Assembly (NCBI GenBank): GCA_001662655.1
Contig: KV460230.1
Source: Pseudogymnoascus verrucosus
Lineage: Eukaryota
Strand: one strand, 5' to 3'
Length of the DNA: 64,000 nt
The position numbers were made by a program, and so were the translations under genes. The notes below the pieces were generated by a model. It did not search any database and had not been told where the DNA came from. It was given only the letters and a program-made list of their open reading frames with translations. This document shows, piece by piece, positions 62,528 to 64,000 of this stretch (position 1 is the stretch's first letter; every line of letters starts with the position of its first letter).

Positions 62528-63244
62528 ATGGTGGGAAGAGGATGGTAAGGGGTGGTTGGTGGATATAGTAGGGGTTTCGGGGCTTGGACGGTAGCATGTT
62601 AGAATGTGCTGTCAGCACGGTAATAGGTAGGAACGGCTAATCAGGGGGGGATGGGACGCATTGATCTAATCGACATGCAGGCGTTTGTCGGGCTTTCGGC
62701 ATTGCATGCAAATGCTTGAGGTTTATGAGCGGGTCAGCGAATAGGGGGCATAGAAGAGACCGTGTTTCGCTGACCGCTTCGCAAAGAACACAGACAGGTT
62801 CGCTGCTTTACCACTGCTTGTCACTTCAACGTGATGCCAGCCCTGTGAATGAGGGGCCCAGGGATTGAGTGATTGAACTGGGCCATGAAAAATGTCACAT
62901 CATCTGTGCGGAAAAGTAAAATGGGGTAGAAGCCACAAGGCTCGCGTTTTAAACTTTGCAAATCGTTCTTTTTTTGTTCATTTCCCGTTTGAGTTTTTCT
63001 CTCTCCTCCGGTTATTTGTCCTAAATTCTTTGCAATCTGCTGCCCGTATTGTAGTTGTACAAAATCGTACATGCATGCCCATGCTCCGTAGATTCAACCC
63101 GGTCCTCTAAACGCCGAAACAAAACGCTGTGGTGTGTCCGCTGAGCCTCATGCGGCCCGAAAGCTCAGCAGGGCTCAAGCCAATGTCCCCTCCCCTTTCT
63201 CCCCCCTAAGTATCCAGTTCACCTCCTTCAACCCCCCGCCCTCT

Positions 63245-63935
63245 CTAATACCGCCTCCTCGTCGGCTCCGGGCTCGGACTCCTCGTCACGCTCCTCTCAT
63301 CCCTCCCCCTCTCCTTCAACCACTTCCTCGTACTCATATCCAGCTCCCTCTCCAGCTCCGGGCTCGGATTCTTGCGATGGATGAAATTGCAGAAACCCGC
63401 GCGCTGGCACCCCTCACCCGAGTTGAGGCGGCAGCACGCCTCGCGGAAGTCGGTCACGGGGCTCAGCTCGCAGTAGATGGGGCGCGCGGCGTACCAGCGC
63501 GAGTTGAGTGCGTCGCAGGCTTTTTGGGCGGAGTCCTCGTACTTGAAGCGCGCGTAGACGTTGCCAATGAGATCTGCGCGGGGGGATTGGTTAGCTTGTG
63601 TTTGTTATCCCTGGATGGGGGGGGGGGGGCTTACGGTCATTATTGTTGTCGCAGATGACGACCTCCTCAAGCTCGCCGTACTTGCACATCTCGCACCAGA
63701 AGTCCTCGTAGAAGGCGTCGAAGTGCATTTGCAGCTGCTTGGCGTCGAGCTTGGCCTTGGGGTCGTAGGCGGGGTTCTGGTAGAGGTTGGGGAGGAGCAC
63801 GGTTTGCGAGTAGGAGGGCTTGACGTGCTTGCGCGAGCAGCGGTCGCCGTGGCGGCAGGCGCCGATCTTGTAGTAGAAGGAGCAGTTGACTTTGTCTTGC
63901 TCTGTGCCGAAGATGGAGGCGAGGTAGTTCGCCAT
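63245..63935 (-). CDS. U2AF1: Splicing factor U2AF small subunit; complement(join(63245..63573,63635..63935))
   Basis: MANYLASIFGTEQDKVNCSFYYKIGACRHGDRCSRKH, a UHM domain, a second CCCH finger and a short RS tail. Confidence 0.97.
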
Positions 63936-64000
63936 TGTGTCGGCGGCCGAGGGGTGCTACTTTGGGTATGTGGTCGGGATAGATGGCTTCCAGATGGTAG

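Overview
Filamentous ascomycete genomic DNA: intron-containing genes with GT-AG introns and CTAAC/CTGAC branch points, dispersed 5S rRNA genes and RIP-mutated repeats. The composition suggests a Leotiomycete such as Pseudogymnoascus, which I cannot verify here. From about 15 kb onward the window is mostly core genes: a SUN glucanase, a CCCH/Smr protein, TVP38, an F-box protein, UGP1, a TRP/FLC channel, tricalbin, an OSH6/7-like protein and U2AF1. The left ~12 kb is an accessory region that the ORF track misses. The AT-rich ORF-less block at ~4000-5974 (minus strand) is a RIP-destroyed DUF3435 tyrosine recombinase (Starship 'captain'). Its element end joins the 3' half of a 5S rRNA gene at 6243, so this is a Starship inserted into 5S rDNA and extending left beyond the window. 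A second, homologous element end joins another 5S 3' half at 11482 at essentially the same 5S position, but is followed by cargo-like genes instead of a captain. An intact 5S gene (empty target) lies at 18703-18821. The first junction forms an inverted-repeat/spacer structure that resembles a tyrosine-recombinase core site.
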